This document shows, piece by piece, positions 1 through 14,379 of a DNA stretch of 64,000 nt. Under the pieces are notes generated by a model. That model was given only the letters and a program-made list of their open reading frames with translations. It had not been told where the DNA came from and did no database searches. Source of the stretch: the human T2T-CHM13v2.0 reference genome, Homo sapiens; NCBI RefSeq assembly GCF_009914755.1, contig NC_060928.1; one strand, written 5' to 3'. Each line of letters opens with the position of its first letter. The stretch's first letter is position 1. A program made the translations under genes and the position numbers.

Positions 1-536
1 TGGGGTTCTCTAGAGGGACAGAACAAATAGGACATATGTATATATGAAAGGGAGTTTATTAAGGAGAAGTGATTTGCAAGGTAAAGTCCCATGATAGGCC
101 ATCTGCAAGTTGAGGAGCAAGGAAGCCAGTAGTGGATCAGTTTGAATTCCAAAACCTAAGAAGTAGGGAAGCCAACAGTGCAGCATTCAGTCTGTGGCCA
201 AAGGCCCAAGAGCCACAGGCAAACCAGTAGTGTAAGTACAGGAGTCCAAAAGCCAAAGAATTTGGAGTCTGATGATGGAGGGTAGGAAGTATCCAGCACA
301 GGAGAAAGAGGAAGACTAGAAGACTCAGTAAGTCTGCTCATTCCAGCTTCTTCTGCCTGCTTTTGCTACTCGTGCTGGCAGCTGAGGGGATAATGCCCAC
401 CAAGATTAAAGATGGGTCTACCTCTCCCAATCCACTGACTCAAATGTTAATCTCCTCTAGTAACATTCTTGCAGACACACCAAGAAAAAACACTTTCCAT
501 CCTTCATTGCAATCAAGTTGACACTTAACCATCACA
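1..536 (-). mobile_element. MLT2A2-like 3' LTR of HERV-L provirus 1 (last few bp fall outside the window)
   Basis: Minus strand begins TGTGATGGTTAA at 536. Collinear with the LTR at 9577-10125. A purine-rich PPT-like tract abuts it at 537+. Confidence 0.9.
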
Positions 537-1099
537 AGTCTACCACTTGTCAACTTATACCCACATACATCTCCAAATAAAGACAATAATAAGGTCATAA
601 TTACATCTAACAATAAAGCTGTCCTTTGTACAACTGGAAGCACACTAATTTTTAACCTAAATGCTATTACATAAAGTTAACAACACTTAAATGCTGATAT
701 GGAGTCAATAAATCTTATGTCACATAATAAAGAGAAAGGAAAGGAAATAAAATGAAGATATTTTCTTAGTACAAGTGTATACATGCACAAACATACTGTT
801 AATAAAATCAGGAGGAGGTATTTATGACATTCTTCATTTCTGCAACTGGTCAGGTGATCATAGTTGGCATTGATAACTACCTTCTTCTATTACCCATTCT
901 GCATTCCCTTTACCTTCAGCAAACATCTCAGATGATCATGTTTTTTTACCTGGTGAATTGACTCAAACCTTATTCCTGAGGGGGCTGAACCATTTGCAGT
1001 CCTGCCTGGACTGGGTTGTTGTAGTTTCCCATTGACCTTAATCACGGGGCATGGTAATACTAAGAGACGCCCTGAGGGATCTCTTGTGTTTCACACATA

Positions 1100-1340
1100 C
1101 ACTTCCTTACCTCTACTGTGGAGTCATAGACTGATTTCATCTTGATAGTACAGGTCAATCACTCCAGACAACACTGTAACTCCCTTCTTGGCCTGTTGAC
1201 TCAGAGGTAGGAGAAGCCCAAAGTGGCCAGGTGGCATCTTAACTTCCAGTTTACTGGAATTATTGTTGCATCTCCTGGTGGCAGCATTCCTCGCTCTGGA
1301 ACTAAGACCTCTAAACCAGGAGAACATAATGTCACAGGAA
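1100..1340 (-). pseudogene. HERV-L dUTPase remnant downstream of integrase
   Basis: Frameshifted frames ERGMLPPGDATIIPVNWKL and MPPGHFGLLLPLSQQAKKGVTVLSGVID. The position after IN is typical of ERV-L. Confidence 0.8.
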
Positions 1341-2992
1341 CAGAAGCAAAAATTTTGTTGGTGGGGGCAGTCATTTGGGGTGATGGTGAGTGGTGCCATT
1401 TGTACTTCCACCCCTTGATTTCTGGACCCATGAATCCTAGCTATGGGAGAAACAGTACCATATATTGGGCACTGAATCAGAGTATACATGGCCTTCTGGA
1501 GAACTTTACCGCAGCCCTTCAAAGTATTGTCACCTAGTTGGTACTGTAATTGTGACTTCAAAAGCCCATTCCATCATTCTATCAATCCAGCTTCTTCAGG
1601 ATGATGGGGAACGTTGATAAGACCAGTGAATTTCATTGGCATGAGTTCACTCCCTCACTTCTTTAGCCATAAAATGAGTGCCTTTTTCAGAGGCAATTCA
1701 GTGTGGAATATTATGATAGTGGATAAGGCATTCTGTGAGTCCACAGACGATAGTCTTGGCCGAAGAACTGCAATGCAGGATAGGCAAATCCATATCTGGA
1801 GTAAGTGTCTATTCCAGTGAGAACAAAGTGCTGCCCTTTTCATGATGGAAGAGGTCCAATATAGTCAACCTACCACCAAGTAGCTGGGTGATCACCCTGA
1901 GAAATGGTGCCATATCGAGTGCTCAGTGTTGATCTCTGCTGTTGGCAAATTGGGCACTCATTAGTAGCCTTAGCCAGGTCAGCCTTGGTGAGTGAAAGTC
2001 CATGTTGCTGAACCCATGCCTAACCTCCATCCCTGCCACCATGGCCACTTTTTTCATAGCCCCATTGTGTAATGACAGGAGTGGCTGGGAAAAGAGTCTG
2101 AGTGGTATCCACAGAATGAGACACCTTATCCACTTGATTATTAAAATCTTCCTCTGATGAGGTAACTCTTTGGTAAGCACTCTCTTTGGACCACTCAGAG
2201 AGATCCATCCACATACCTCTTCCTCAAATTTCTTTGACATTAATTTTCCAATCATGCTTCTTCCAAGTCCTTGAACTTCCAGCCAAACCATTGGCTACAG
2301 CCCATTAATATATAGTCACACCTCTGGCCATTTCTCCTTCCATGCAAAGTGCACAGCCAAGTGCACTGCTCAAAGTTCTGCCCACTGGAAGATTTCCCTT
2401 CACCACTGTCCTTCAGGGATGTCCTGGAAAAGGGCTATAGTGCTACAGCTGTCCACTTTTGGGTGGCACCTGCATATCATGCAGAACCACCTGTAAACCA
2501 GGCCCTAGTCTTCCCTTCCTCTGCCAAGTGTTTATAGGGCACTCCCCAGGAGGCCATCTGTATAGGCTAGGGGAGTGAATGCAGAGTGGCAAGAGTGGAG
2601 ACCATGGGCATTTGAGCCACTTCCTCATGTAACTTACTTGTGCCTTCAGGACCTGCTCAAGCCTGTCACGTATATGCCACTTCCATTTAATGATGGAATG
2701 CTGTTGTGCATGCCCCACTTTATGGCTATATGGGTCAGAAAGCACCCAGTTCATGATAGGCAATTCAGGTCACATGGTGACTTGATGACCCATAGTCAAA
2801 TGTTCAGTTTCTACCAAAGCCCAATAACAAACAGAGAGCTGTCTCTCAAAAGAAGAGTAGTTATCTGCAGAAGATGGCAGGGCCTTGCTCCAAAATCCTA
2901 GAGGCCTCCGCTGTGATTTACCAGTTGGGGCCTGCCAAAGGCTCCAAACAGCATCCCTATCTGCCACTGACACCTCAACCACCATTGGTTCT

Positions 2993-3359
2993 TGTATTAG
3001 TTCATTCTCACACTGCAAATAAAGACATACCCTAGGTGATTTATAAAGGAAAGTTTAATTGAATCACAGTTCATCAGGACTGGGAAGGTCTCAGGAAACT
3101 TGCAAGCATAGTAAAAGTGGAAGCAAACACATCCTTGTTCACATGGTGGCAGCAAGGAGAATAATGAGTAAAAAGGAGAAAAGCCCCTTATAAAACCATC
3201 AGATCTCATGAGTTCTCACTCACTAACATGAGAACAGCATGAGGGTTACTGCCTTCCTGATTCAATTACCTCCCACCAGGTCCCTCCCATGACATGTGGG
3301 GATTATGGGAACTACAATTTAAGATGAGATTTGGGTGTGGGCACAGCAAAACAATATCA
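2993..3359 (-). mobile_element. THE1D-like solo LTR (MaLR) inserted in HERV-L pol
   Basis: TGTATTAG...ATATCA termini. 5-bp TSD GTTCT/GATCT. The uninterrupted site reads GGATCT in HERV-L copy 2 (about 27139). Confidence 0.9.
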
Positions 3360-3768
3360 GATCTGCTGGGTCACATAGTCAAGGTAGTAGAGCACCTTGC
3401 ATGGCAGCCTGGACCTCTTGTAGAGCCTTCTCCTGTTCTGGACCCAACGCAAAACTGGCAGCCTTTTGGGACACTCAATAAATGGGCTGGAGTAACACAC
3501 CCAAATTAGGAATGTGTTGCCGCCAAAAACCAAATAGGCCCACTAGGGGTTGTGCTTTTTTTTTTTTTGGTTGTAGGAGGTGCCAAATGCAGTAACTTTT
3601 CCTTCACCTTAGAAGGAATGTCTCAACAGACCCCACACCACTAGAAATTTCACTTAGGTAGAATTTTAGTAAGATTTTTTTCCCATCCTCTAGCATGCAA
3701 ATGTCTCAGCGATAAGTTTACTGTGTTTGCTACTTCTTGCTCACTGGGTCCAGTCAGCATAATGTTAT

Positions 3769-6095
3769 CGATATGGTTTCGCTGTGTTCCCACCTAAATC
3801 TCATCTTGAATTGTAGTTCCCATAATCCCCACGTGTCGTGGGAGGGACCTGGCAGGGGGTAATTGAATCGTGGGGGTGGATATTCTTATGCTGTTCTTGT
3901 GATGTGAGTGAGCTCTCATTAGATCTGAGGGATTATAAGGGGCTTTCCCCCTTTTTACTCCTTCTTCTCCTTGCTGCCGCCATGTGAAAAAGGATGGTTG
4001 CCTTCCCTTTCACCATGATGGTAAGTTTCCTGAGGCCTCCTCAGCCATGATGAACTGTGAGTCAATTAAACCTTTTTCCTTTATAAAGTACCCAGTCTCA
4101 CGTATGTCTTTATTAGCAGCATGAGAACAAACTAGTACAGTAAATTGGTCCACAGAGAGCGAGGTGCTGCTATAAAGATCCCTGAAAATGTGGAAGTGAC
4201 TTTAGAACTGGGTAACAAGCAGAGACTGGAACAATTTGGAGGGCTCAGAAAAAGACAGGGAAACAGATGAAAGTTTGGAACTTCCTAGAGGCTTGGAGGG
4301 CTCAGAAGGCATGAAGATGTGAGAAAGTATGGAACTTCCTTGAGACTTGTTGAATGGCTTTGACCAAATTGTTGATAGTGATATGGACAATGAAGTCCAG
4401 GCTGAGGAAGTCTCAGAGGGAGAAGGGGAAATTGTTGAGAACTGGAGTTAAGGTCACTCATGCTATGCAAAGAGACTGGTAGCATTTGGTCCCCGTCCCA
4501 GAGATTTGAGGAAATTTGCTCTTCAGAGAGATGATTTAGGGTATCTGGTGAAATAAATTTCTAAGCAGAAAAGCATTCAAGAAGAAGCAGGGCATAAAAG
4601 TTTGGAAAATTTGCAGCCTGACAATGTGATAGGAAAGAAAACCTCATTTTCTGGGTAGAAATCCAAGCCCACTGCAGAAATTTCATAATTAACAAAGAGT
4701 TGGATCTTAATCACCAAGACAATGGGGAAAATATCTCCAGGGAATGTCAGAGACCTTTGTGGCAACCCCTCCCATCAGCGGCCCAGAGTCCTAGGAGGGA
4801 AAAATAGTTTGCTGGGCCAGATCCAGTGCCCCCCTGCTGTGTGCAGACTTGGGACATGGTGCTCTTTGTCCCAGCTGCTCCAGCCATGGCTAAAAGGGGC
4901 TAAGGTACAACTCAGGCCATTGCTTCAGAGGGTACAAGCCCCAAGCCTTGGCAGCTTACACGTGATGTTGGGCCTGTAGGTGCACCAAAGCCAAGAATTA
5001 AGGTTTGGGAATCTCCGCCTACATTTAGAAGGATGTATGGAAACACCTGGGTGTCCAGTCAGAAGTTTGCTGCAGGTGCAGAGCCTTCATGGATAACCTC
5101 TGCTAGGATAGTAAGGAAGGGAAATGTGGGGTTGGAGCCCCTACACAGAGTCCCCACTGGGGAACTGCCTAGTGGAGTTGTGAAAAGAGGGCCACTGTCC
5201 TTCAGACCCCAAAATTGTAGATCCACTGACAGCTTGCCCCTGGAAAAGCCACAGAGACTCAACATTAGTCCATGAAAGCAGCCAGGAAGGGGGATGTACT
5301 CTGCAAAGCCACAGAGGTGGAGCTGCCCAAGGCCCTGGAAGCCCACCTCTTGCATCAGTGTGACCTGGATATGAGACATGGAGTCAAAGAGGATTATTTT
5401 GGAACTTCAAGGTTTAATTACTTCCCTTTTGGATTTTGGACTTGCGTGGGGCCTGCAGCCCCTTTGTTTTATCCAATTTCTACCATTTGAAGTGGGTGTA
5501 TTTATCCAATGCCTGTGCCCTCATGGTATCTCAGAAGTAACTAAATTGCTTTTGATTTTATAGACTCATAGGCAGAAGGGACTTGCCTTGTCTCAGATGA
5601 GATCTTGAACTTGGACTTGGACATTTAGGTTAAAGCTGGAATGAGTTAACACTTTGGGGGACTGTTGGAGAGTCATGATTGTGTTTTGAAATGTGAGGAC
5701 ATAAGATTTGGGAGCAGCCAAGGAACTGAATAATATGGTTTATCTGTGTCCCTACCAAATTTCATCTTAAATTGAAATTCCCATAATCCCATGTTTCATG
5801 GGAGGGACCCAGTAGGGGGGTAATTGAATCATGGGGGCAGTTACCCTCATGCTGTTCTCATGATAGTGAGTAAGTTCTCATGAGATCTGATGGTTTTATA
5901 AGGAGCTTTTCCCCTTTTACTCAGCACTTCTTCCTGCCACCATGTGAAGAAGGACATGTTTGCTTCTCCTTCCACAATAATTGTAAGTTTGCCTCCCCAG
6001 CCATGCTGAGCTGTGAGTCAATTAAACCTCTTTCCTATATAAATTACTCAGTTTTGGGTATGTTTGTATTGGCAGCATGAGAAGGGACTAATATT
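3769..6095 (+). mobile_element. Full-length THE1D-like MaLR element (LTR 3769-4139, internal 4140-5730, LTR 5731-6095)
   Basis: Two ~370-bp direct-repeat LTRs. The ~1.6-kb internal region starts GTAAATTGGT. Perfect TSD GTTAT at 3764-3768 and 6096-6100. Confidence 0.95.
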
Positions 6096-6206
6096 GTTAT
6101 CAATGTAATGGACAAGTGTGATATCTTGTGGAAGAGAAAAGCAATCAAGGTCTCTTCGAATACAATTATGACACAAAGCTGGAGAGGTCATATACCCGTG
6201 AGGTAG

Positions 6207-6962
<756 letters not shown>

Positions 6963-9576
6963 GTAGGACAGTGAAGGTATATTGCTGGCCTTACCAGCTG
7001 AAGGCAAATTGCTTCTGGTGGGCCTTTTGGACAGGAATTGAGAAAAAGCCATTTGCCAAATCAATGGCTGCATACCAGGTACCAGGAGATGTGTTAATTT
7101 GCTCAAGCAATGAAACCATATCTGGTACAGCAGCTGCAATTGGAGTCACCACTTTGTTAGGCTTATAATAATCCGCTGTCATTCTCCAAAATCCATCTGT
7201 CTTCTGCACAGGCCACATAGGAGAGTTTAATAAGGATGTAGTGGGAATCAGCACCCCTGTGTCCTTCAAGTCCTTGATGGTTGCACTAATCTCTGCAATG
7301 CCTCCAGGGATGTGATATTATTTTCGATTCATGATATTTCTATGTAGAGGCAGTGCTAATGGTTTCTATTTGGCCTTTCCCGCCATTATAGCCATCATTC
7401 TACCAGTTAGGGAGCCAATGTGGGGGCTCTGTCAGCTGCTAAGTATGTCTACGCCAATTATGGATTCTGGCACTGGGGAAATGACCACAGAATGAGTCTG
7501 GGGACACACTAGACCCACTGTTAAGTCAGTCCTGAGCTAAAACTCCATTAATTACTTGACCTCCATGAACTCCTACTTTAAGTGGATGACCACAATGACA
7601 TTTTGTGTCCCCTGGAATCAATGTCAGCTCAGAGCCAGTGTCCAGTAGTCCCTGAAAGGTCTGATCATTTCCCTTTCCCCAATGCACAGTTACCCTGGTA
7701 AAAGGCCAGAGGTCTCTTTGGGGAAGGATGGGAGAAATATTAACAATAAATTGTAGGCAGTATAGTGTGGTCGTTCCTCAAGGGGACCTGGCCATCCCTT
7801 CATTCAAGGGGTTCTGGTTTTGTAAACTGGTTCAAGTCTGGAAATTATTGAGGAGCTATGACTCTCTATTTTTATAATTCAAATTAGTCTTTTGTCCAAA
7901 GACCTGGAAGTTTTCTGATTATATAAATTGAGTAAGAATGCAGTAGACTTTCTATCAAGTAACACTGTGATTAATTAGCCAATGCCAGAGCTCTACACGA
8001 GTCAAACTATTCTGATTACTGCTTTGCCTTTGCTGTTTACCATAGTAACTATGCCCACCTTGCCTTTGACGATCGAGTGCTGCCACTAGGCCTCTGCCAA
8101 CTTGGGATCTAACTATTCCCGTTGCATTTAAATTTTGTGATTGAGTGACTGTGGTTCCCACTGTAAGATCTGGCATACAGAGAACAGCAATCACAGAACC
8201 CTTTAAGGATGCATGTGCTACCCTCATAAATCTATTTTTCAAGGTATTGGTGAAACATATGCCTTCTGGACCTTCCCAGTTGGGATGAGTAGGTCTAAAG
8301 TGACTAAGCCTCTCCACCATCCCAGTGTCCCTAAGCCTTTCGATTCCTTCCTCTACATTAAACCAAGGGAGATCAGGCATTTTGAGCTCACTCACAGTGG
8401 GTCATCTTTTGATCCATATTGTAGCTAACCAAGCAAATGAACTATTAAAAGATTTGTTAAGTCCCTGAGCTACAGTATTAAGTACAGAATCCCTGCTAAG
8501 TGGGTCCATATCAATTAATTCAACCTGATTTAACTTTATGTTCCTTCCACTATTACCCCACACCCTTAATATCCATTTCCATACCTGTTCTCTAGATTTC
8601 TGCTTACATAAATTTGAAAACTCAAACAGTTCTTTTAGAGTGTAGTGCTTCTCCTCATGAGTCACACTCTGACCCTCACCTCTAGGGGCCTGCCAAAACT
8701 TGAGTCTAGTTATAGGTCTAGAAGCAAACAGTGGTGTTGGGGGTGGATTCTGAAGAGAATCAGCATTGTCTTGCATGGCAACTGCCTCAAGAGAGGCCAT
8801 CTCTGTTGCCTCAAGCAGTGCATAGTTAATCTCCTCACACAAAAATGGAAAGGCCAATGGCAATGGCAGCGTGGTGGGAGAGGGGATGTTGCCACCATTG
8901 GGGGTGGGGAGTCTGTTTCCTCTGACAAAAAAGCCTCATCAGAATTTAAGAGCTTAGTGCCCCCGGCTTCATTAGGGTCCTCCCACACATCCCCATTCCA
9001 AGATTCAGGGTCCCATTCTTTTCCAATCAATGCCCTCAGTTTAACAGTAGACACCGGTGAGGCTGTGTCTGCACCTTTCATTGCAGGCCAGCCACTCACA
9101 TAATAAGAGCTTGTGTCTGATTTTTCACAATTTCAGCTCTTTCTCTACACGAGATAAGACTTTCACTTGGGCCATCTTAGAATATTTGAGGCTCAGTGTG
9201 TGCTTCTGGAGCCAAGAGTTAGAATCGCTGAGTTTATCGTTTTCTTCCATCACTTTTTCCAGTGAACTTAGGAGCAACTAGCCAACTTCATTATATTCCT
9301 TGGTTCTTCATATATGGTCAAAGATATTATGTATAGAGTCACTAAACTCCTTGCCTTTCAAGAGCAGTCAATCAGGAGTATCACGTGCATTTATTTGGCA
9401 AAACTTTCTCAACCATTCACATCAAGGACTATCAGTGTTCTCCATACCATTAATAGAGTTCTTAGCATTTTGGGGCCTAACCAGATTGAGCAACCAACTC
9501 CAAAAAGCCCAAAACCAACTAAAGAAATCCATCCTTAAAATTCTGTTCCTCTAGAATCACTCTCAGTACAAAAATC

Positions 9577-10125
9577 TGTATTATTCAGGGTTTTCTAGAG
9601 GGACAGAACAAATAGGTCATATGTATATATGAAAGGGAGTTTTTTAAGGAGAAGTCACTCACACAATCACAAGGGAGAGTCCCACGATAGACTGTCTGCA
9701 AACTCAGAAGCAAAGAAGCCTGTTGTGGATAAGTCCAAGTCCCAAAACCTCCAAAGTAGGGAAGCCAACCATGCATTCTTCAATCTGTGGCCAAAGGCCA
9801 GAGAGCCCATGGCAAACGACTAGTGTGAGTCCAAGAGTCCAAAAGCCGAAGAAGCCTGATAATGGAGGGTGGGAAGTATCTAGCACGGGAGAAAGGTGAA
9901 GGCCAGAAGACTCAGCAAGTCTGCTCATTCCACCTTCTTCTGCTTGTTTTCTCTAGCCATGCTGGTAGTTGAGAGGATGGTGTTCACCCAGATTAATGGT
10001 GGGCCTGCCTCTCCCAGTTCACTGACTCAAATGTTAATCTACTCTAGCAACGCTCTCACAGACACACCCAGAAACAATACTTTGCATTCTTCAATCCAAA
10101 CAAGTTGACAATATTAACCATCACA
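9577..10125 (-). mobile_element. MLT2A2-like 5' LTR of HERV-L provirus 1
   Basis: TG...CA termini, about 550 bp, paralogous to 1-536, adjacent to the leader/PBS region. Confidence 0.9.
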
Positions 10126-11989
10126 TTATTTATCACATAATATTTTTCTCAGAATATGATATCTAAAATCATAATTCTAAAGCATCAAGTGTGTATTATG
10201 TATATTTTTTGTAAAATAATCTTACTGCTTGGTAATTCCTTTTTATCTTTTCCAGTTATTTTAAAAAATATTTTCAACGATTTTAATGAAATCTTCCAAA
10301 TATCCTGTTTCAGGATAGTCCATGTACATATTTTAACAATGCTGAGGACACAATTAACTTGAATATATGCATGGCCCTGGTCATGTGCCTATTTAAAGTA
10401 AGTGTAAGTAGCATTGAAATAAAAAAAAAATAGATAACATAAGGGTGAACAGATATTTTTAGTATATGTAGTACTTAAATTAGTTGAAATTGTCATGTGT
10501 TACTTATCTTAAAATACTGCAATATTACATTGTTATTTTTCCATTATAACTCTGAATATTTTGCTTCTATTGTCAAGGTAAGCAAAATCATAATCGCTAC
10601 CAGGTTGACAGATTGCACATTAGCCTGTAGAGGAAATTTAAGTTTCTTTCAGTTATGAAATTTAGAAATTCTATTATCACTCTGTTAGTTTATATACTTA
10701 ATTTAAAGACAGTTAAGACTTTATATATGTTATAATAATGCCATTTTAAATTCAGCAATTTTACTAGAAAAAAATATCATTATTAACAGACCTACTAAGG
10801 CATGCTCTTGCCTTTCATTAACAACAACACAAATGGTGTTTTAAAATGACCTTCTACAATTGAGGCAATATCTGATCATAAATATTTTAGAACTCATGAA
10901 TAATGGTATATTGTTCATTTATTTGCTTTCTAAAAGCATCCATGAGGTTTACTTCTAATCAGTCTTTCATCAGAACAGTTCTATTCACTTAATAAAATCA
11001 CTTAAAATTATCAAATTTTGGATGTAAAATGGGAATATTTTGTAAAAAATCTGTATCTAAAAATCCTTATTTTTTATGGCCCTTTGGTTTACTGTTATGT
11101 TATGTATATCACATTTACTTTGAGAATAACGATGAACTGTCTCTTACACATATTTAACCTCTGTGGCTAACAAATTGTACCACTCAATCTTAGAAAAACA
11201 GTGATTTCAAGGGATTACGCTATACTCCACATACAAAATAGGATTTCTCATAAGGATGATTTTCTAGGGTGTGTTTTAAAAGAATAAAACAAATAAACCA
11301 GAAAACACAACATTTTCCTTCTGTGGTCATGTGGTTATTCAAGAAGTCAATAAAAACAAATATTAAATTTGTCTCTCTTGTGAATTGCAGTATGTCATTT
11401 CTATCACAGCCCTTGAAATGTTTGCTAAAGTGCCCAGTATTTTCTTAAATGAAGAATATTAAAAATACAAATGTAAGATATTGTCTTTAAAGACAATCTT
11501 CTCTCACATAATTCTAAGTGTCTAAACTAGATTGGGCTTTAGTTCATGAATGGACAAAATTTTATGTTTTGCCTGGTATACCACTTGGTAGGTATAAATG
11601 AAGATGTGAAGTTTATTATCATTGTTGTTCACGTAAATTGTGTGTAATTTACATGTTTTTTTTTTTTCTTTGTAGCTATCAGCTAGTCCTTGAAAATAAG
11701 AAGCTGAGTTGTTCTGATTATGAGCTGCCAGGCTATTTGATTTCTTTTCAGTAATTTCAAAATTGATGTTTAACTTCCTATGAAGCAATCTTCAAAATTT
11801 GTTCTCTATTAATCCACATACTTTAAACTTTTAAAATTGGTTTGAATATTTTCAGCACTGATTTTCTTATAAAAAATTTTCTGGTTTTATTATTACAATG
11901 AGAGCAACAGATTTTTAATGTCACAGCCTTTTCTCACTTCCTTAGGAAGCTACCAAATATGGGCTTTACTAAAATGTTTTAGAAACTAA

Positions 11990-12225
11990 GTTTTTACAAC
12001 ATGAGGACTATAGTTAATAATGGTGTATTACATTCAGAATTTTTGCAAAATGAATAGATTAAGGCTTCTCCTCCCACAGGGGCAATAATAGGTAATTATG
12101 TGAGATGATGTGTACGTTACTCTGCTCCACTGTGGTAACCATTTTACTCTATGCAATATACACGTATCTTAGACCATTATGTTATATACCTTAAATACAT
12201 ACAATAAAATCTATTTTTTAAAAAC
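11990..12225 (+). mobile_element. L1MA-type 3' end fragment
   Basis: ACATGAGGACTATAGTTAATAA...TACCTTAAATACATACAATAAAA resembles L1MA 3' UTR ends. Confidence 0.65.
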
Positions 12226-12814
12226 ATTAAAAACTTTTCATTTATATTTTATTCTGACAAATACACTTCCTTGATCCTTTGCCTGAGTTGTATCTTTAAC
12301 CTGATAACTGTCTGTTATTTCAGTAATCAAAGTATAGCATCCACGACTTTAAATAAACTCATGTAATTTAATAATATCACTTAACATATGCATATGTGTG
12401 CAGCTCCTGAAAATTTCTTCCCATTGTTCGTAACCAAATTACATAGCAGAATTTGCAACATTAAGAGGCAATGTTCTCCACTAAGATAAGTCCTGTTAAA
12501 ATTTCACCTTGCTAAGAAAATGACAAAATAGGTTGCAATTTTAAGCCTATCAATGCTACCTTCTTCCATTGCATAAATTGCTTACTTTATTTTCCAGAAT
12601 TTAAAGTATTTAAAGATGAGTGTAATGTGTACTTTGTTCTCTCTTTAGTTTAAATGGGTGTAATTATTTTATTCCAAACAAGTAGGCCTAAAACTGAAAT
12701 TCTTAATTTAGAGTTCTAAGTCAGAGGTCTTTGAAACTGGAGTACATCTTTATTGTTATCATCTCCAATGGAAATTTATTATTTATTTTAACTAGAGTAT
12801 ACACATTTGAATTA

Positions 12815-13345
12815 GCTAGCTATTTTTGCATAGCAATTATGCTATAATTTGGCATCTGAAACAATAAACATTTATTATCTTTGGTGTCTTTTAGTCATGA
12901 ATCTAGGCTAGGCATCTCAGCTGAGTGTTTTAGATGCAGGTCTGAGCCAGGACTTGAATTATGTCAAGGCTTAATGCCAGGAGTATCTCCTTCCAAACTC
13001 ATCCACTTGTCTATAGCAAGCCTCAGAAAGTCTACTTCCAAGATCATGACTTGAGTATCTGCCCAGTGCTGCTTCTTGACAAGGCATCTGGCTTTTCCCA
13101 GAGGAAATAATCCAAAAGAGAGCAAGAGAACATGTCAAAACAGTGAGAGAGAAACTAAGACAGAAGCTACAGCCTTTTTATAACCTATCAAAGAAAAGAT
13201 ATTTCAGCACATTGGTGGTACTCTATTTGTTAGAAGCAAGTTACTCAATTCAACTCTCACTCAAGGGGCATTATACAAAGATGTGAATAACAGGAGATGA
13301 AATCATGGCTCAGAGGTACATTTTAGAGGCTACCTTCTGTGGCAA
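12815..13345 (-). mobile_element. Old MLT1-type MaLR LTR
   Basis: Degenerate MLT1 landmarks (AAACAATAAACATTTATTATCT, TTTTTATAACCTA, CTATTTGTTAGAAGCAAGTTACT, TGTGAATAACAGGAG). Confidence 0.55.
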
Positions 13346-14379
13346 TAAGTCATGGTAACTTTAACTGCATCTCTGCCTTTGTTAACAATAGAAATAAGAT
13401 ATATTTTTAGTTCACATTATAATTATTGGAAAGTCTCAACACATTGTTTATATTTATCAGAACCGTAAAATTATGACATCTAGAACTCATTATGTAACAT
13501 TTTAATACTTTAATAAATAAATATAAAAATGTAAAACTATTACTATGTGAAAACTTGTTCAATATTTCAATAATTGTATTTTAATATTACTGGTCTTCAT
13601 GAATCTTATATACTTAAATTTATTCTTTTACATTTATTATTTTAAGAAGGGTTTCAAAGGCTTTGTCTGATACAAAAAGACTATAGTACATTAGAGACCA
13701 CTCGTTTAAAGAAAATCAAGTAATAGATTAAACATTCACTCATGTTCAATGGTATAAGCAAAGAAGTAAGGGCACAAATCTCCCAACTCCATCAGCTAAC
13801 ATCCACCTCAAGCCAGATAATAAAAGCAATAGGAGGATTCCCAGGCAAAGAGAAACACATTAAACTAGAATGAAAATAAAAACATGATCCAACAATTTTA
13901 CTACTTTCTAGATTTTTAGGGTTTGGCAATCTGGTAGCTTAATTATGTACACAAAACTAATTAATACGTACTTGAGCATTGATCATTATTTTATATTTTA
14001 AAGATGTCAATTTATTTTAATATTTCTTTAAGAATAGAGGCATACAGGGTAATAAAAATAAAATTTGAAACTATAACTTATGTATCACAAAACTGCCTCC
14101 CCTCCCTGGACATATCCACTACTAATAACTGATCCATGTCCTTTGTAGGTCCTCACACACAATTATATTATAGTGTTGTTTTTTTTTCTTTTTCTTTTTT
14201 TTTTTTTTACATCCACAGGACCAAATGATAAATACTTTGATAATCCCTTCCTGATAAAAAAAAAAAAAATCATGAAAATCATTTCAGATCAGTGTTTTAA
14301 TTTTTCAATTGATTTGATTTGAGAGAATGTCATGGTAAGAATAGTCTGTTTTTGATATTACATTATTTGGGGGAATGCT

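Noticed and set aside
4225-4350. Direct repeat TGGAGGGCTCAGAA...GGAACTTCCT in the THE1 internal region
   Set aside because: I recall this as a normal feature of THE1/MST internal sequences, so it is not locus-specific.
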